From Bdellovibrionota bacterium FG-1 (GTDB taxonomy: Bacteria > Bdellovibrionota > UBA1018), in assembly GCA_051382295.1 (NCBI GenBank), contig JBBCAW010000041.1, positions 1-64,000 on the forward strand: a DNA stretch of 64,000 nt, given 5' to 3'. The translations under genes and the position numbers were made by a program. The notes under the pieces were generated by a model, which saw only the letters and a program-made list of their open reading frames with translations, was not told the origin of the DNA and made no database searches. Of the stretch, positions 50,001 to 61,169 are shown piece by piece (within the stretch, counting starts at the first letter, position 1; each line of letters begins with the position of its first letter).

Positions 50001-50078
50001 GCAGGGGGAATGCCCGATCAACCCATCAATAGCTTGATCTATTTTTGTGGCGATCATTTCATTCGAGCAACACTATAA
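47004..50078 (+). CDS. Subtilisin-like S8 serine protease with long C-terminal extension
   Basis: VVDTG, GHGTHVAG, AAAGN, SGTSMAAP. Confidence 0.93.
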   Translation: MILPLLSVSAVFFISSAVGPSADVLLQQLRAAPGVLSGEPVFQKGEQEFLIQHGEGSLATALRLTFQDFESYESLQKTVKVRHLGHLERNGRFQVNSNPEQWGLNNTGIPQQIEVTDILSRTVNAVTGEDVGVIHAPSEIAHRRIRVAVVDTGVDISHPALQAQIYHSPTECQALDAYQKCLRENADKSVCHQRYANQDTDQNGYPLDCTGWSALGGGDHEVSDSIGHGTHVAGIIGAQGLVDGVASQVEILPVQVMGKGETEAGAFADVVARGVLYAIRTHAQIINMSLGYSIHEDSELMRKMVALAQAEGILVVAAAGNESSSIPVYPCRYAGVICVASFSADGAISGFSDFGDAVDVAAPGEKILSTWPTLFFPSLFTERKGYDFKSGTSMAAPFVTGVLARLLNAGIQPAEAYARLLLGVRPHRQPTIPLNGDSKFTLSGNVDLSRSFAVDPQPLILPSNKEPVLLILDRMRGTALNEARFRLSLKNYWKTASSVQIQVSVSGEPQLTSQVDLWPQGENRDFEGVFRWAGTTLKELPGNFYFDVTVSDSLGEVHHFRKGAEFVVPVRPLRTEDSIAAMAGFERIMTDLGLADLSANYSIKPISCLSGGGQDLLLINKGERFTALRLLDHTETSSGIRMIQKQGIALLDTSKEQLFSVSCLDQRPFVPREFAISSFNAAEKKFAVTFYDDKFRRQNRLEWDAATAALAADFRWLSAADGKQWPAWIGRGRLPDSEIPSFDPWDKRPFEQRNPLESRLYYLSPSGLHTLVAPAGYRYVGFLKPTNPEFKNGSVRVLLLKGQDFVAEFSVAQLAAFKWEEPQSLSFEVYQRLSGLKSLSVFSMEGSLGDTAFIEDGAAGKMRLSLVLGSSSDASLQVKSWVLEAPQAGDWVSEVLGVFQGESAFFRSRFGLYFYDGLSRRAFASDLRQFDSVTRYLPAWRDGRPAVVLPEGQGSSLAAEVLVPTTQGLQRPALLKFFGVSDQQGSCEPIQMVSTGRDGAGGMPDQPINSLIYFCGDHFIRATL

Positions 50079-50079
50079 G

Positions 50080-50113
50080 AAAAGGCCCAAGAAGAATCTC
50101 TTCTCGGGCCTTC
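50080..50113. terminator. Terminator between convergent genes
   Basis: AAAAGGCCCAAGAAGA-ATC-TCTTCTCGGGCCTT. Confidence 0.7.
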
Positions 50114-50137
50114 ACTGAATACATGGGATTTGATGAA

Positions 50138-50680
50138 TTAAAGCTGGATGCCTTGTTGCTCAAGCAACTTGCCATGAAGCGTCTTGACGATCGACTTCAT
50201 ATTGTCTGAAGTCGTGTTGAAATTCTTGGCTGCCTCGGCAACCACGTTATTCAACTCGGTTGAGTCACCCGCTTGGGCTTTTCCTGCGGCGGCCACAATT
50301 TTGGTTGGGCTCACACCGTAGAGACGCTCTGCGAAGTCAGCTACGTCTTTGTCTGAACGGTTTTGAACTGTATTGAAGTCGTTGATCGTTTTGGCAATCT
50401 TCATGCCTTGATCTTCAGAAAGGCTAAACTTTGTTGCATAGTGTTTAGCTTGGGCCTGAAGCATTTGTTGCTCAGCTTGGGCCATGTCGGTGATCATGTC
50501 GTGAGATGTGTCTTTGGTGCCATCTCCGTTGTAGTAGTAGCTGTCACAAACCCAGTAGCCATAATAATCATAATAGCAATCTTGATAGGTCTGAGGCGAT
50601 GAAACGACCATATTGCAGCCCATGTTGCCGATCAAAAATGCCGCAGTGGCCAATGTTACAAATAATCTCTTAAAAGTCAT
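50138..50680 (-). CDS. Putative lipoprotein with Tyr-rich segment
   Basis: GAGGAG RBS, lipobox-like NMGC, CYYDYYGYWVCDSYYY. Confidence 0.75.
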   Translation of the reverse strand: MTFKRLFVTLATAAFLIGNMGCNMVVSSPQTYQDCYYDYYGYWVCDSYYYNGDGTKDTSHDMITDMAQAEQQMLQAQAKHYATKFSLSEDQGMKIAKTINDFNTVQNRSDKDVADFAERLYGVSPTKIVAAAGKAQAGDSTELNNVVAEAAKNFNTTSDNMKSIVKTLHGKLLEQQGIQL

Positions 50681-50797
50681 ATAATACTCCTCTAAAGAAG
50701 TCGGTTCAGGTTCGGCGGTTGAATACAGCAAAAGGCTGTTTGCTGTCTATTGAATAAACCCAAATGACGAGGAAATAATTATGCGCGTCAGAGTGCC

Positions 50798-51871
50798 TTA
50801 TTGGAGTGCTTTAATGGGCTCTATCCCACAAAGCGGACCAACAACTCGCGTGACGCTACGCGTAAAAAACTCTTCAAGCGTGTCGTCGCCCGAAGGACGC
50901 ATTTCGGCAGGGATAATATCATCGAGCAGTCCTGCTTGGGGCACTGCCATGATGCTGTATGGAAATGATTCTTGGGAGACGCCTGGACGATTGGGGCATA
51001 GCGGTTCAGCATATTCATCGGGAAGTCCCAAACGGTGCCCGAGTTCATGGACGATCATATTACAATACTCGCGGGTTCGTGCGGGTTCGCATGCAGTGCT
51101 GCAATCCGAATTGAAATCCGTGATTTTACCTTTGGCTTGGCCTGGCTTGCACTGAGTTTGTGTGCAGGCGCGAGTCAGGCCTGCTGGAATTTTAATATTC
51201 GGAATGACAAAGGGAAGACTGGGCACTTGAGGGAGTGGTACCTCGCCATCGAGCCCGTCAAAAAAGAACATTTTCGAATTGGATCGGCCTGCGCCGTTGA
51301 CCACGGTTAAGGTGTTGGCCGTGGGTGTTTGGTTTTTAAGTCTTTCTGAAAAGCTAAAAACCAGATTGACCCCGTAATGATTCCAATAGCGATTGACCGT
51401 AGGCATGCAAGCGCGAGTGGTTTCAAGAATTCGGGTGCGGAATTCTGCCTTGAGTCGTTGAGGCGGTTTTCCCCATTTTGAAGGTTTAATGAGAGAGTTG
51501 AGTTCCTCAGATGAAATGATATCGAGCAAAAGGTCTGCCTTGACGCTCACTCGTTTTTCTAGAGTTTTCGTGTTTTCATCCGGCTCACGCGTCAGCACAT
51601 AATCGGTACTGTCCCCCATCTGGTGATAGGGGTGGTCCTTATCCGGCTGCGCGGCGCACAACTGCGTCCAGTCATATTTAACTAGGATTGACGTACCCAC
51701 TGCGACTTTGTCGGCGCAACTTTGTACAAACTTTTTACTCTGTTCTCTGACGCTGGGATTGGCCTCTGGGGTCGTGTCATCTGCTTGGGTGCTAAAAGTC
51801 ATGAGGAGAGTTGCGGCCACAGAAGTCATCAACGCAATGGCTAAAATTTCGCGGGTTCGACTCGAAAGCAT
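50798..51871 (-). CDS. Secreted metzincin zinc metalloprotease
   Basis: Signal peptide; HELGHRLGLPDEY; Met-turn SIMA. Confidence 0.85.
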   Translation of the reverse strand: MLSSRTREILAIALMTSVAATLLMTFSTQADDTTPEANPSVREQSKKFVQSCADKVAVGTSILVKYDWTQLCAAQPDKDHPYHQMGDSTDYVLTREPDENTKTLEKRVSVKADLLLDIISSEELNSLIKPSKWGKPPQRLKAEFRTRILETTRACMPTVNRYWNHYGVNLVFSFSERLKNQTPTANTLTVVNGAGRSNSKMFFFDGLDGEVPLPQVPSLPFVIPNIKIPAGLTRACTQTQCKPGQAKGKITDFNSDCSTACEPARTREYCNMIVHELGHRLGLPDEYAEPLCPNRPGVSQESFPYSIMAVPQAGLLDDIIPAEMRPSGDDTLEEFFTRSVTRVVGPLCGIEPIKALQ

Positions 51872-52123
51872 AAAAGAAACCTCACTCTGATGAGACTCAC
51901 AATTGCATTTTAGGTGCCAGGGTGTTCTTTTTTTTAAGTTGCCGATAATAAAGAGAAAATCATGGAATAGTGTGAGGTGTTCCGTGATCTATCTGTCTAA
52001 CATTCAGGCAAGTGGCCAAACAACTATTTTGAGGAGACTGCGCACTTGCGAACGAGAAACTTGTCGATTTCACCTTAAACTTCGTTTACGCTCCTCGGTG
52101 GGTACCTAAGGAGACTATCAAAA

Positions 52124-54286
52124 ATGAAATTTGCACCTTTCGAAGGACAGGCAGTCAAAACCCAACTCATTTCGGGCGAAAACGGTATTGCTGAGCTTCA
52201 ATTCAACTTGAAGGACGACTCGGTCAATAAGTTTAACGCGCTCACCTTGCGTGAGCTGCGGGAGGCTATCACCAGTCTCAAGTCTGCCGAAGGAATTCAA
52301 GGCTTGTTGGTCACCAGCGCCAAGGACGTTTTTATTGTCGGCGCGGATGTCACTGAGTTTTTGGGCTATTTTAAACAGACCGAAGAACAGCTCGCGAGCT
52401 GGCTCAAAGAGGTTAACCAAACTTTCTCGGATGTCGAAGATTTTTCATTTCCTACCGTGACCGCGATCAATGGTTTTGCTTTTGGTGGCGGCTTTGAGTT
52501 TGCCTTGGCAACTTGTTACCGAGTCATGGCGGATTCCACAAAAGTCGGGCTTCCTGAAACAAAATTAGGAATTTTTCCAGGCTGGGGTGGCACTGTACGG
52601 TTGTCTCGCGTCACTGGTGCCGACAATGCGATCGAATGGATTGCCTCAGGTGAGCAATGGAAGTCCGATGTTGCTCTCAAGATTGGCGCGGTGGATGCCG
52701 TGGTTCCGAGTGATCGGGTACGCGATGTAGCTCTTTCCATGTTGAAGGACGCCGTGGCAGGAAAATTGGATTGGAAAGCGCGAGTCACTGAAAAGAAGTC
52801 ACCGCTTAAATTGAATGCCATTGAATCCACGATGGTTTTCGAAGGAGCCAAAGCCTTTGTGGGGGGACAAGCAGGCCCAAATTATCCCGCGCCCGTCGCT
52901 GCTATTGAAGTCATGCAAAAGGGCGCAAACAAAACTCGTGAGGAAGCCCTTGCCATTGAAGGTGCGGCTTTTGCGAAAATGGCCAAAACTCCTACGGCCG
53001 CCGCTTTGGTGGGCCTGTTTTTGGGAGATCAGGCTCTCAAAAAAATGAGCAAAAAAGCTTCAAAAGAAGCCAAGCCCGTGCAGACGGCCGCTGTCCTCGG
53101 AGCAGGGATTATGGGGGGCGGGGTAGCCTATCAATCGGCTTCCAAGGGGATCCCCATTTACATGAAGGATATCGCCACCAAGGCCATCGATTTGGGTCTG
53201 AGTGAAGCCGCTAAGTTGCTCGATAAACAAGTCACTCGTGGTAAGCTTTCGTCCGCTAAGATGGCTGAGACGATGGCCAGGATTCGCCCGGCGCTTTCGT
53301 ATGGGGACTTTCAGAATTTGGACTTTGTCGTTGAGGCCGTCGTTGAAAACGAGAAGATCAAAAAGAGTGTGCTCGCCGAGACCGAAGCGGCCTGCAAACC
53401 CGGGACAATCCTCAGTAGCAATACCTCCACTATTTCCATTACGCGCCTGTCGGACTCGCTCAAGCACCCCGAAAATTTTGTCGGGATGCACTTCTTTAAT
53501 CCGGTCCATCGGATGCCCCTGGTAGAAATTATTCGAGGCAAAAAGTCGAGTGACGCCGCGGTGGCCACTGCAGTGAGTTACGCGACCGCCATGGGAAAAA
53601 CTCCGATCGTCGTGAATGACTGTGCAGGGTTTCTCGTGAATCGTGTTCTGTTTCCGTATTTTGCCGGATTTATGAAGCTTTTGAATGACGGTGTGGATTT
53701 TCAACGCATTGACAAGGTGATGGAAAAGTTCGGTTGGCCCATGGGGCCGGCCTATCTTTTGGATGTGGTCGGAATTGATACCGCTCATCATGCGGATAGC
53801 GTGATGGCGACGGAATTTCCAGATCGCATGAAGCACGAAGGCAAAACTGCGATTGAAGTGATGTATGAAAATAAACGCTTCGGTCAAAAAAATGGCGTTG
53901 GATTTTATAAATACACTCCGGATAAAAAGGGACCACCCAAGAAAGAAGCGGACCCTTCGGCTTATGAGTTATTGAAGCCACTGATTCATGGAAGCCCTAA
54001 AGACGTTTCCGACGCCGAAATCGTGGATCGCATCATGCTTCCTATGATCATCGAATGCTCGCGTTGCCTTGAGGGCAAGATTGTTTCGACCCCGGTTGAA
54101 GTCGATTTGGGATTGATTTATGGCCTCGGCTTTCCACCGTTCAGGGGCGGCGCGCTTCGGTATTCCGACGCCCGTGGCTTGAAAGATCTTTGTCAAGCGG
54201 GTGAGCGGTATAGCGCTTTGGGTAAGTTGTATGAACCGACCGCCCAGATGCGTAAATTGGCGAACGAAAACAAAGGGTTTTACTGA
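52124..54286 (+). CDS. fadB: Fatty acid oxidation complex subunit alpha
   Basis: Crotonase domain ([13 protein letters not shown]) and HAD domain ([21 protein letters not shown]). Confidence 0.96.
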   Translation: MKFAPFEGQAVKTQLISGENGIAELQFNLKDDSVNKFNALTLRELREAITSLKSAEGIQGLLVTSAKDVFIVGADVTEFLGYFKQTEEQLASWLKEVNQTFSDVEDFSFPTVTAINGFAFGGGFEFALATCYRVMADSTKVGLPETKLGIFPGWGGTVRLSRVTGADNAIEWIASGEQWKSDVALKIGAVDAVVPSDRVRDVALSMLKDAVAGKLDWKARVTEKKSPLKLNAIESTMVFEGAKAFVGGQAGPNYPAPVAAIEVMQKGANKTREEALAIEGAAFAKMAKTPTAAALVGLFLGDQALKKMSKKASKEAKPVQTAAVLGAGIMGGGVAYQSASKGIPIYMKDIATKAIDLGLSEAAKLLDKQVTRGKLSSAKMAETMARIRPALSYGDFQNLDFVVEAVVENEKIKKSVLAETEAACKPGTILSSNTSTISITRLSDSLKHPENFVGMHFFNPVHRMPLVEIIRGKKSSDAAVATAVSYATAMGKTPIVVNDCAGFLVNRVLFPYFAGFMKLLNDGVDFQRIDKVMEKFGWPMGPAYLLDVVGIDTAHHADSVMATEFPDRMKHEGKTAIEVMYENKRFGQKNGVGFYKYTPDKKGPPKKEADPSAYELLKPLIHGSPKDVSDAEIVDRIMLPMIIECSRCLEGKIVSTPVEVDLGLIYGLGFPPFRGGALRYSDARGLKDLCQAGERYSALGKLYEPTAQMRKLANENKGFY

Positions 54287-55845
<1,559 letters not shown>

Positions 55846-55852
55846 ACCTAAA

Positions 55853-55879
55853 GGATCGGAACTTTGGACCCAAACTTGA
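55853..55879 (-). promoter_or_regulatory. Sigma-28-like promoter
   Basis: Minus strand TCAAG-N14-TCCGATCC. Confidence 0.5.
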
Positions 55880-55977
55880 GTCTTTTTACCCGACTAATGA
55901 GGTTTTGAGGGCTTTTCTTTTTTGAATTCTAGGTGTTAAATAGAAAAGTTCATTTCATTAGCCAGAAGGAGTGTTCT

Positions 55978-57807
55978 ATGGATCGGAACCCAAATGTGAG
56001 TCCCTTTGGAAACCCTTGGCAGGGATTTGCCCATGTTGATCATCGGGTTGAGGAGTACGAAGGGATTCTCAGAACTCTTCGCTTTGCCCTGATTCAGCTC
56101 AATAAATTTTGGGTAGAAATTAACTCCTTTCCCGTTTTCATGAATGAAATGAAGGGATCTTCGATTCGTGAGATTGAACGTTTGCTTCAGTGGTTCCAGC
56201 AAACCCCCCGCTGGCACGAGGTGCTTTTGCAGCCACGCTTGATTTCGGACTTGCGGCAACCTCCTTTGCGCGCAGCCCTTTTGGACTTTGTAGAATGTGT
56301 TTCACGGGCGGGCGACTTAAGGGCTTCGACGCTTGAAATTCAGAGTCGGCCTCTTCCTGAGGTTTCGGCGCTCCAGTCATCATTGGCGCAGCTAGGCCTT
56401 GCGATCGCATTGACACGTCAGCTTGGTCTTGAGGGTGGCAAAATCATCGACGTGCAATGCCGGATCCATGAAGTGAGTCGCCGGCTAGAACGAAATCGGA
56501 AAATTCACGGTTTTTTTGGGAAACTTTCGTCCAAATGGGGTCTTCCGGAGGCCACCTGTCTTTTTCAATGCGCCCGACTGTTTCGATGTATGGACTTGAT
56601 CCGCCAGACGCCGCGGGAGATCCTTTCGTGGCGCAGTCCGCAAATTTTGGGAGAGCAACAAAAAATTCGGATTCAATCGTGGCAGGATCGTGTCAAAGCC
56701 ACTCTTGAAAGCCGAAAAGGGCTGATGCAACACTTCGAACTCCACCAAGCGGCTAGTGCAAATAGTCTAAGAGAGCTCGCGACAGCCCTGAAAAAGGGCG
56801 GGGCCTTCAGAGCGTTTACGACCGCCTTTAAGGACGCAAACAAGTTTTATGAGACGTTGCTTAAGCCGGAAATAAACGTCAAAGTCGTCTCGAAAGAAAC
56901 TCCAGAAAACCGGGCTGATCGCCTTCTCGAGTGGGCAACCTATCTAGAAAAAAAGGTGGTTTTTGAGAACAGTACTGAGGGACGCGCGTTTTTTGCCCCC
57001 CATTTTAATGGGATTGACACTGATTTTACCCAAGCTTTGAAAACCCATGATTGGGGCTGTGAGCTTCGAAGTGAAATGCAGGTGGGAAATACGGCAACGT
57101 TAGAGGGACAAAGAGACGCAGAGTATTGCGCAAAGTTGTTGGAATGGGCTTTTTCAGCTCCCGCTGCGGCACTCTGGGGTGCCGCTGAGGAATCAGGCAA
57201 CGCCGAAGCGCTTCAGGCTCAAAAATTTTTGTTAGAACCCGAATACGATTTGGGACGCGGTTTTCAGAGTGTTGCCCGCGAAGAAGAAGTACGTTTAATT
57301 GAGGTCACACGTCTGGTTGAAAGTCTTGAAAATTTGACTATTCGGCCTGAAACTACTTTAAATCGTTTGAGTGAGTTGCGCGGCTTGGTTGAAGAGAGAT
57401 TACTTTTACTCAGGCGAATAGAGTCCTGGTCTGAGATGAGAAGTTTACTCAAAAATCATTTCTTAGGCGAGGAAACTGATTTAACTTTGATTGAAAACCC
57501 ACGGCTTTATATCGAGTTTATTGAAACGGCACCTTTGCCGGAATCATTGCGAAATTCGCTCTTAACGGCCCACGGCCCTGCACGACTCCATGATACGCGA
57601 TCTTTAGTGGCTCCGGCCCTCAATGGGCTCGTTGCCGTAAAAGATCATCTTCAACGGCTTGAAATCGCGACGAATGGGCAATCGCGAATGCTGGAAGATG
57701 AGCCGCTTCTGGATTTGATTCAACGTCTGCAACGCGCCTTAAAAAACCCCCAAGGATTAGCAGAATGGGTTGATCAGGCAAAAACACAGACCCGCTGGCA
57801 ACAGTAA
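55978..57807 (+). CDS. Helical hypothetical protein resembling the central insert of DUF4011-type SF1 helicases
   Basis: AAGGAG RBS; two FxGxxTD repeats; no Walker motifs seen. Confidence 0.65.
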   Translation: MDRNPNVSPFGNPWQGFAHVDHRVEEYEGILRTLRFALIQLNKFWVEINSFPVFMNEMKGSSIREIERLLQWFQQTPRWHEVLLQPRLISDLRQPPLRAALLDFVECVSRAGDLRASTLEIQSRPLPEVSALQSSLAQLGLAIALTRQLGLEGGKIIDVQCRIHEVSRRLERNRKIHGFFGKLSSKWGLPEATCLFQCARLFRCMDLIRQTPREILSWRSPQILGEQQKIRIQSWQDRVKATLESRKGLMQHFELHQAASANSLRELATALKKGGAFRAFTTAFKDANKFYETLLKPEINVKVVSKETPENRADRLLEWATYLEKKVVFENSTEGRAFFAPHFNGIDTDFTQALKTHDWGCELRSEMQVGNTATLEGQRDAEYCAKLLEWAFSAPAAALWGAAEESGNAEALQAQKFLLEPEYDLGRGFQSVAREEEVRLIEVTRLVESLENLTIRPETTLNRLSELRGLVEERLLLLRRIESWSEMRSLLKNHFLGEETDLTLIENPRLYIEFIETAPLPESLRNSLLTAHGPARLHDTRSLVAPALNGLVAVKDHLQRLEIATNGQSRMLEDEPLLDLIQRLQRALKNPQGLAEWVDQAKTQTRWQQ

Positions 57808-57862
57808 TTGACACGATGCATTAATAATGATAACGATTCCTTCCTGAAAGGCGGGAATCTCA

Positions 57863-58405
57863 ATGACCTTGCTCTCAAGAACACACGCTCAGACTTTCAT
57901 TCTCCTCTCTCTCGTTCTTTTGCTGTCAGTCCAGCAGTGGCCTTCAGTCGCTCAAGCCGCGCCATCTTCCACTTTAGTTAAAGTTCAGGAACTTCGAGCA
58001 CGGTTTAAAGATGCAATAGCGCCTACCGTTCGTGATCTTCACTTGGGTGAGGACTGGGATTGCCGGTATTGGTCAGCTCTTGAGGAGAGTGGGGAAGAAT
58101 ACTCTGTACCGGCGTACTACCGCTTTATGCAGAGTTCCGACGGGCGTGGAATCGTTTTAAAAGATGACCCAGCGATGGAACCTTATCGATTTACCTCGAC
58201 TGCTTTGGTGGCCGCTGAAAAATGGGGAAGCGGCACTGTGGGTTTTGATCATATTCGTATCGGTGAGCAAGGTGAGCTGCTCGTGGAGTTTACTCTCCCA
58301 CATTGCTCTGGCTTCGGGTGTCTTTTTCCTTTGATTCGGAAGTCTTCAGTGGATGATTGCTGGGCGTTTGCGATTGGATACCGTGAATGTCGCCTCCCGC
58401 AGTAA
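57863..58405 (+). CDS. Secreted hypothetical protein
   Basis: Signal peptide ending AQA-A; TTGACA upstream. Confidence 0.65.
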   Translation: MTLLSRTHAQTFILLSLVLLLSVQQWPSVAQAAPSSTLVKVQELRARFKDAIAPTVRDLHLGEDWDCRYWSALEESGEEYSVPAYYRFMQSSDGRGIVLKDDPAMEPYRFTSTALVAAEKWGSGTVGFDHIRIGEQGELLVEFTLPHCSGFGCLFPLIRKSSVDDCWAFAIGYRECRLPQ

Positions 58406-59339
58406 GCGCAGCGGGCGATTTGAGAGTCAAAAAGGTAGTTGGAACGCCCTTGTGCTTGAGAATGTCTTGGCAGTATGGACTCACGTAGTAACGCGCCTTG
58501 TCGAGTTGGCTAATTTCCGCACACTTCTTAACGTCAATGGGGCAGCTCAAGCCCATGCGTTTTAGGTTTTGTTCCACTCTTGTAGCGATGGAGGGGAGCA
58601 TTTCGCTGCAGTTGATGGCCTCATCCCATGCATCATTGACATAATCGGCCCAGGAAAAATTACGCGCTTTGACCCAGTGTTTACCACCTGCGCAACGAAC
58701 GTAAGGATGTCCCCCTTGGTAAAGCTCATGCCAAAAACGGTAGCCTTGGTAATTAGCGGCCATATCAGCATACGACATGACGCCGCTCGTGGAGAGTCCC
58801 CAATATCCGTCTTCGTGGTGCTCATACTGCATCACGTGGTCTAGATTTGCCCCTTCGAGATCTACGCGGTTGAAATAGCTAAGCCCTTGCATAAAAAAGT
58901 GCCCAAGTTTATCGGTTCCTACAATATGTCCATTTAACCTGAGCGAGCGACCAATCCCGCCCACCCACATGCCCATGGACTCCCTAAATGACACGCCGGC
59001 GTAAATACTTTCGTTGACGCCCTCCTGAGTATGTTGAATTTCATCCGTCAAAACGGCCCAAAATTCTAAAACCCCAATGGGATCGGGCCCGGTCCATCGG
59101 ACAATTTCTTGCCTCAGGCCGACGTGGCTGCAGCGATCTGGGGATTCCTGATTGGCGGTATGAATCGCATGTTGCAGAATCTTGTTAATCCGCTGGTCCA
59201 AAACAACCAGGGCATCTCGCGTCAGCGTGTTGCGGCTCGTATAATTGTCAACCTCGTGAGCATGGATAGCGGGCGAGGTTGCGCCAAAAAGACTGAAGGC
59301 CAGGATGGCTCCGAACCCGACCTTTGGGGTATTGCGCAT
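58290..59339 (-). CDS. Secreted Cys-rich hypothetical protein
   Basis: Signal peptide then HEVDNYT; GTDKLGHFF; SYADMAANYQG; WDEAINC. Confidence 0.8.
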   Translation of the reverse strand: MRNTPKVGFGAILAFSLFGATSPAIHAHEVDNYTSRNTLTRDALVVLDQRINKILQHAIHTANQESPDRCSHVGLRQEIVRWTGPDPIGVLEFWAVLTDEIQHTQEGVNESIYAGVSFRESMGMWVGGIGRSLRLNGHIVGTDKLGHFFMQGLSYFNRVDLEGANLDHVMQYEHHEDGYWGLSTSGVMSYADMAANYQGYRFWHELYQGGHPYVRCAGGKHWVKARNFSWADYVNDAWDEAINCSEMLPSIATRVEQNLKRMGLSCPIDVKKCAEISQLDKARYYVSPYCQDILKHKGVPTTFLTLKSPAALTAGGDIHGIQSQTPSNHPLKTSESKEKDTRSQSNVGE

Positions 59340-59543
59340 TTACTGAGTTTAACTTTGAGTCGAAACAAATTCAGGCAAAAAACCGTAAAATCAGCAAAAT
59401 AATAGGCGCTTAGGCAAATATTACCTAAAAAGCCCCAAACATGACGAAACAACTCGGGTCAGGTCGGGATTGCCGAAATCGTAAGAGCATGGGATATATA
59501 GAAAAATTAGTTCTAGTGACCTAATAACGGAGAAGAGTGCCCC

Positions 59544-60770
59544 ATGATTGATCAGTTCGATAATGGTGATAGTGGCGATGATGGCGAAGAGAAAGTTAAA
59601 AAATCCAATGAATTCGCTCACATGCTGGAGGCTTCTTTTAAAACCCAGCAGAAACGTCTTTCAGTGGGGGATAAAATCCAGGCTGAAATTCTGGTGACAG
59701 GCAAAGAGGACATTTTCGTTTCAACCGGAACGATGAATGATGGAGTGGTGTCCAGGCGAGAGCTACTCAACCAGGATGGACTTTTCACCTATAAGCAGGG
59801 CGATATTTTATCGCTCTATGTCACCCAAGTGCGAGGCACGGAGATTTTTCTTTCGCCTAAGGCTACTTCAAAAAACCTGGCCGGCGACCTTGAAGATGCC
59901 TTTGACATGATGATGCCCATTGAAGGGCGGGTTGTTGAAGTGGTTAAAGGTGGTTTTCGCGTTTCCATTAAAGGGAAGCTCGCTTTTTGCCCTGTCAGTC
60001 ACCTGGACTCAAAGCATATTGACAATTTGGAAGACTATATCGGAAAGAAATTTGAATTTCGAATTACGAAATTTGAAGAAGGGGGCCGCAATATCGTAGT
60101 TTCTCGTCGAAAAATTTTGGAGGACGAGCGCGAACTGAGTATGGGAAATTTTACCACGGAGCACAAAGCGGGCGATGTGGTGCCAGGTAAGATAGCAAGA
60201 CTGGAAAAGTTTGGGGCGTTCGTTGAATTAGCGCCTGGTATGGATGGTCTGGTGCACGTATCCGAAATCGCCTGGTCGAGGGTGAATGATCCCGCCGAAG
60301 TTTTGCGTGTCGGGGATCCTGTGCAGGTCAAGATTTTAAAGATGGAAAATCCAGATGGAAAATTCCGTATTTCGCTTTCGATTAAACAGGCCGGAGCAGG
60401 GACTGATCCCTGGACCTTGGCCAGTCAAAAGTTTCCGGTGGGTACGATTCTCAGCGGTAAGGTGGAACGACGCGAGGCCTATGGTCTGTTTATCCGTTTG
60501 GATGACTGTATTACCGGACTTCTCCCTAAGTCAAAAGCTCTTGAAAGTCCTGAATTTGCTTTCGATAAATTCAAAGTAGGCGATTCGGTGACTATTCAGG
60601 TGAGCGAATTACGAACAGACGAGCATCGGATTTCGCTTTGTGTGCCACGAGACCCAGGAGCCGATGACTGGAAGGGGTTTGTCGCCTCTGGGTCCAATCA
60701 TGAGCTGGGAACCTTAGGCGGCGCTCTCGGCGCTCAGCTCAAGGCCGCTTTGGAGAAAAAAAGAAAGTAA
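59544..60770 (+). CDS. S1 RNA-binding domain protein (four-domain RpsA-like)
   Basis: Four S1 repeats, including FGAFVELAPGMDGLVHVSEI. Confidence 0.9.
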   Translation: MIDQFDNGDSGDDGEEKVKKSNEFAHMLEASFKTQQKRLSVGDKIQAEILVTGKEDIFVSTGTMNDGVVSRRELLNQDGLFTYKQGDILSLYVTQVRGTEIFLSPKATSKNLAGDLEDAFDMMMPIEGRVVEVVKGGFRVSIKGKLAFCPVSHLDSKHIDNLEDYIGKKFEFRITKFEEGGRNIVVSRRKILEDERELSMGNFTTEHKAGDVVPGKIARLEKFGAFVELAPGMDGLVHVSEIAWSRVNDPAEVLRVGDPVQVKILKMENPDGKFRISLSIKQAGAGTDPWTLASQKFPVGTILSGKVERREAYGLFIRLDDCITGLLPKSKALESPEFAFDKFKVGDSVTIQVSELRTDEHRISLCVPRDPGADDWKGFVASGSNHELGTLGGALGAQLKAALEKKRK

Positions 60771-61169
60771 ATGGCCAAAACCGTACTCATTGTCGATGAT
60801 GTTCCTTTTGCACGCAAAGCGCTGACTGAGATTTTGACCTCTGCTTACTACCAGATCGTGGGTGAAGCGTCTAATGGGGTTGAGGCGCTCGCAATGTATG
60901 CCAAACTTCGTCCCGATTTGGTGACTATGGATATCGTGATGCCTACAATGAGTGGTATTGAAGCCACGCGCAAGCTCTGCAAGGCCGACCCAGATGCTCG
61001 GATTGTGGTCGTTTCTGGAATTGTGCAAGACAATTTGATTATGGAGGTGATTGCATTGGGCGCTAAAGATTTTATTACTAAACCTTTTACGCCTGATGAT
61101 GTTCTCAAAATCATTGAGCTCGCGATGGTTGATGAGTCGCAGCTTTCAAATCGTAGCGGAAAACGTTAA
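60771..61169 (+). CDS. Single-domain CheY-like response regulator
   Basis: IVDD, MDIVMP, FITKPF. Confidence 0.93.
   Translation: MAKTVLIVDDVPFARKALTEILTSAYYQIVGEASNGVEALAMYAKLRPDLVTMDIVMPTMSGIEATRKLCKADPDARIVVVSGIVQDNLIMEVIALGAKDFITKPFTPDDVLKIIELAMVDESQLSNRSGKR

Noticed and set aside
51940..51948. GCCGATAA as a sigma-28 promoter for fadB
   Set aside because: Perfect -10 but no matching -35 at the expected spacing.
53060..53887. Long antisense ORFs (275 aa here; also 19471-20136 and 6355-6948)
   Set aside because: Shadows of conserved genes (fadB, mnmA, hppA) on the opposite strand.
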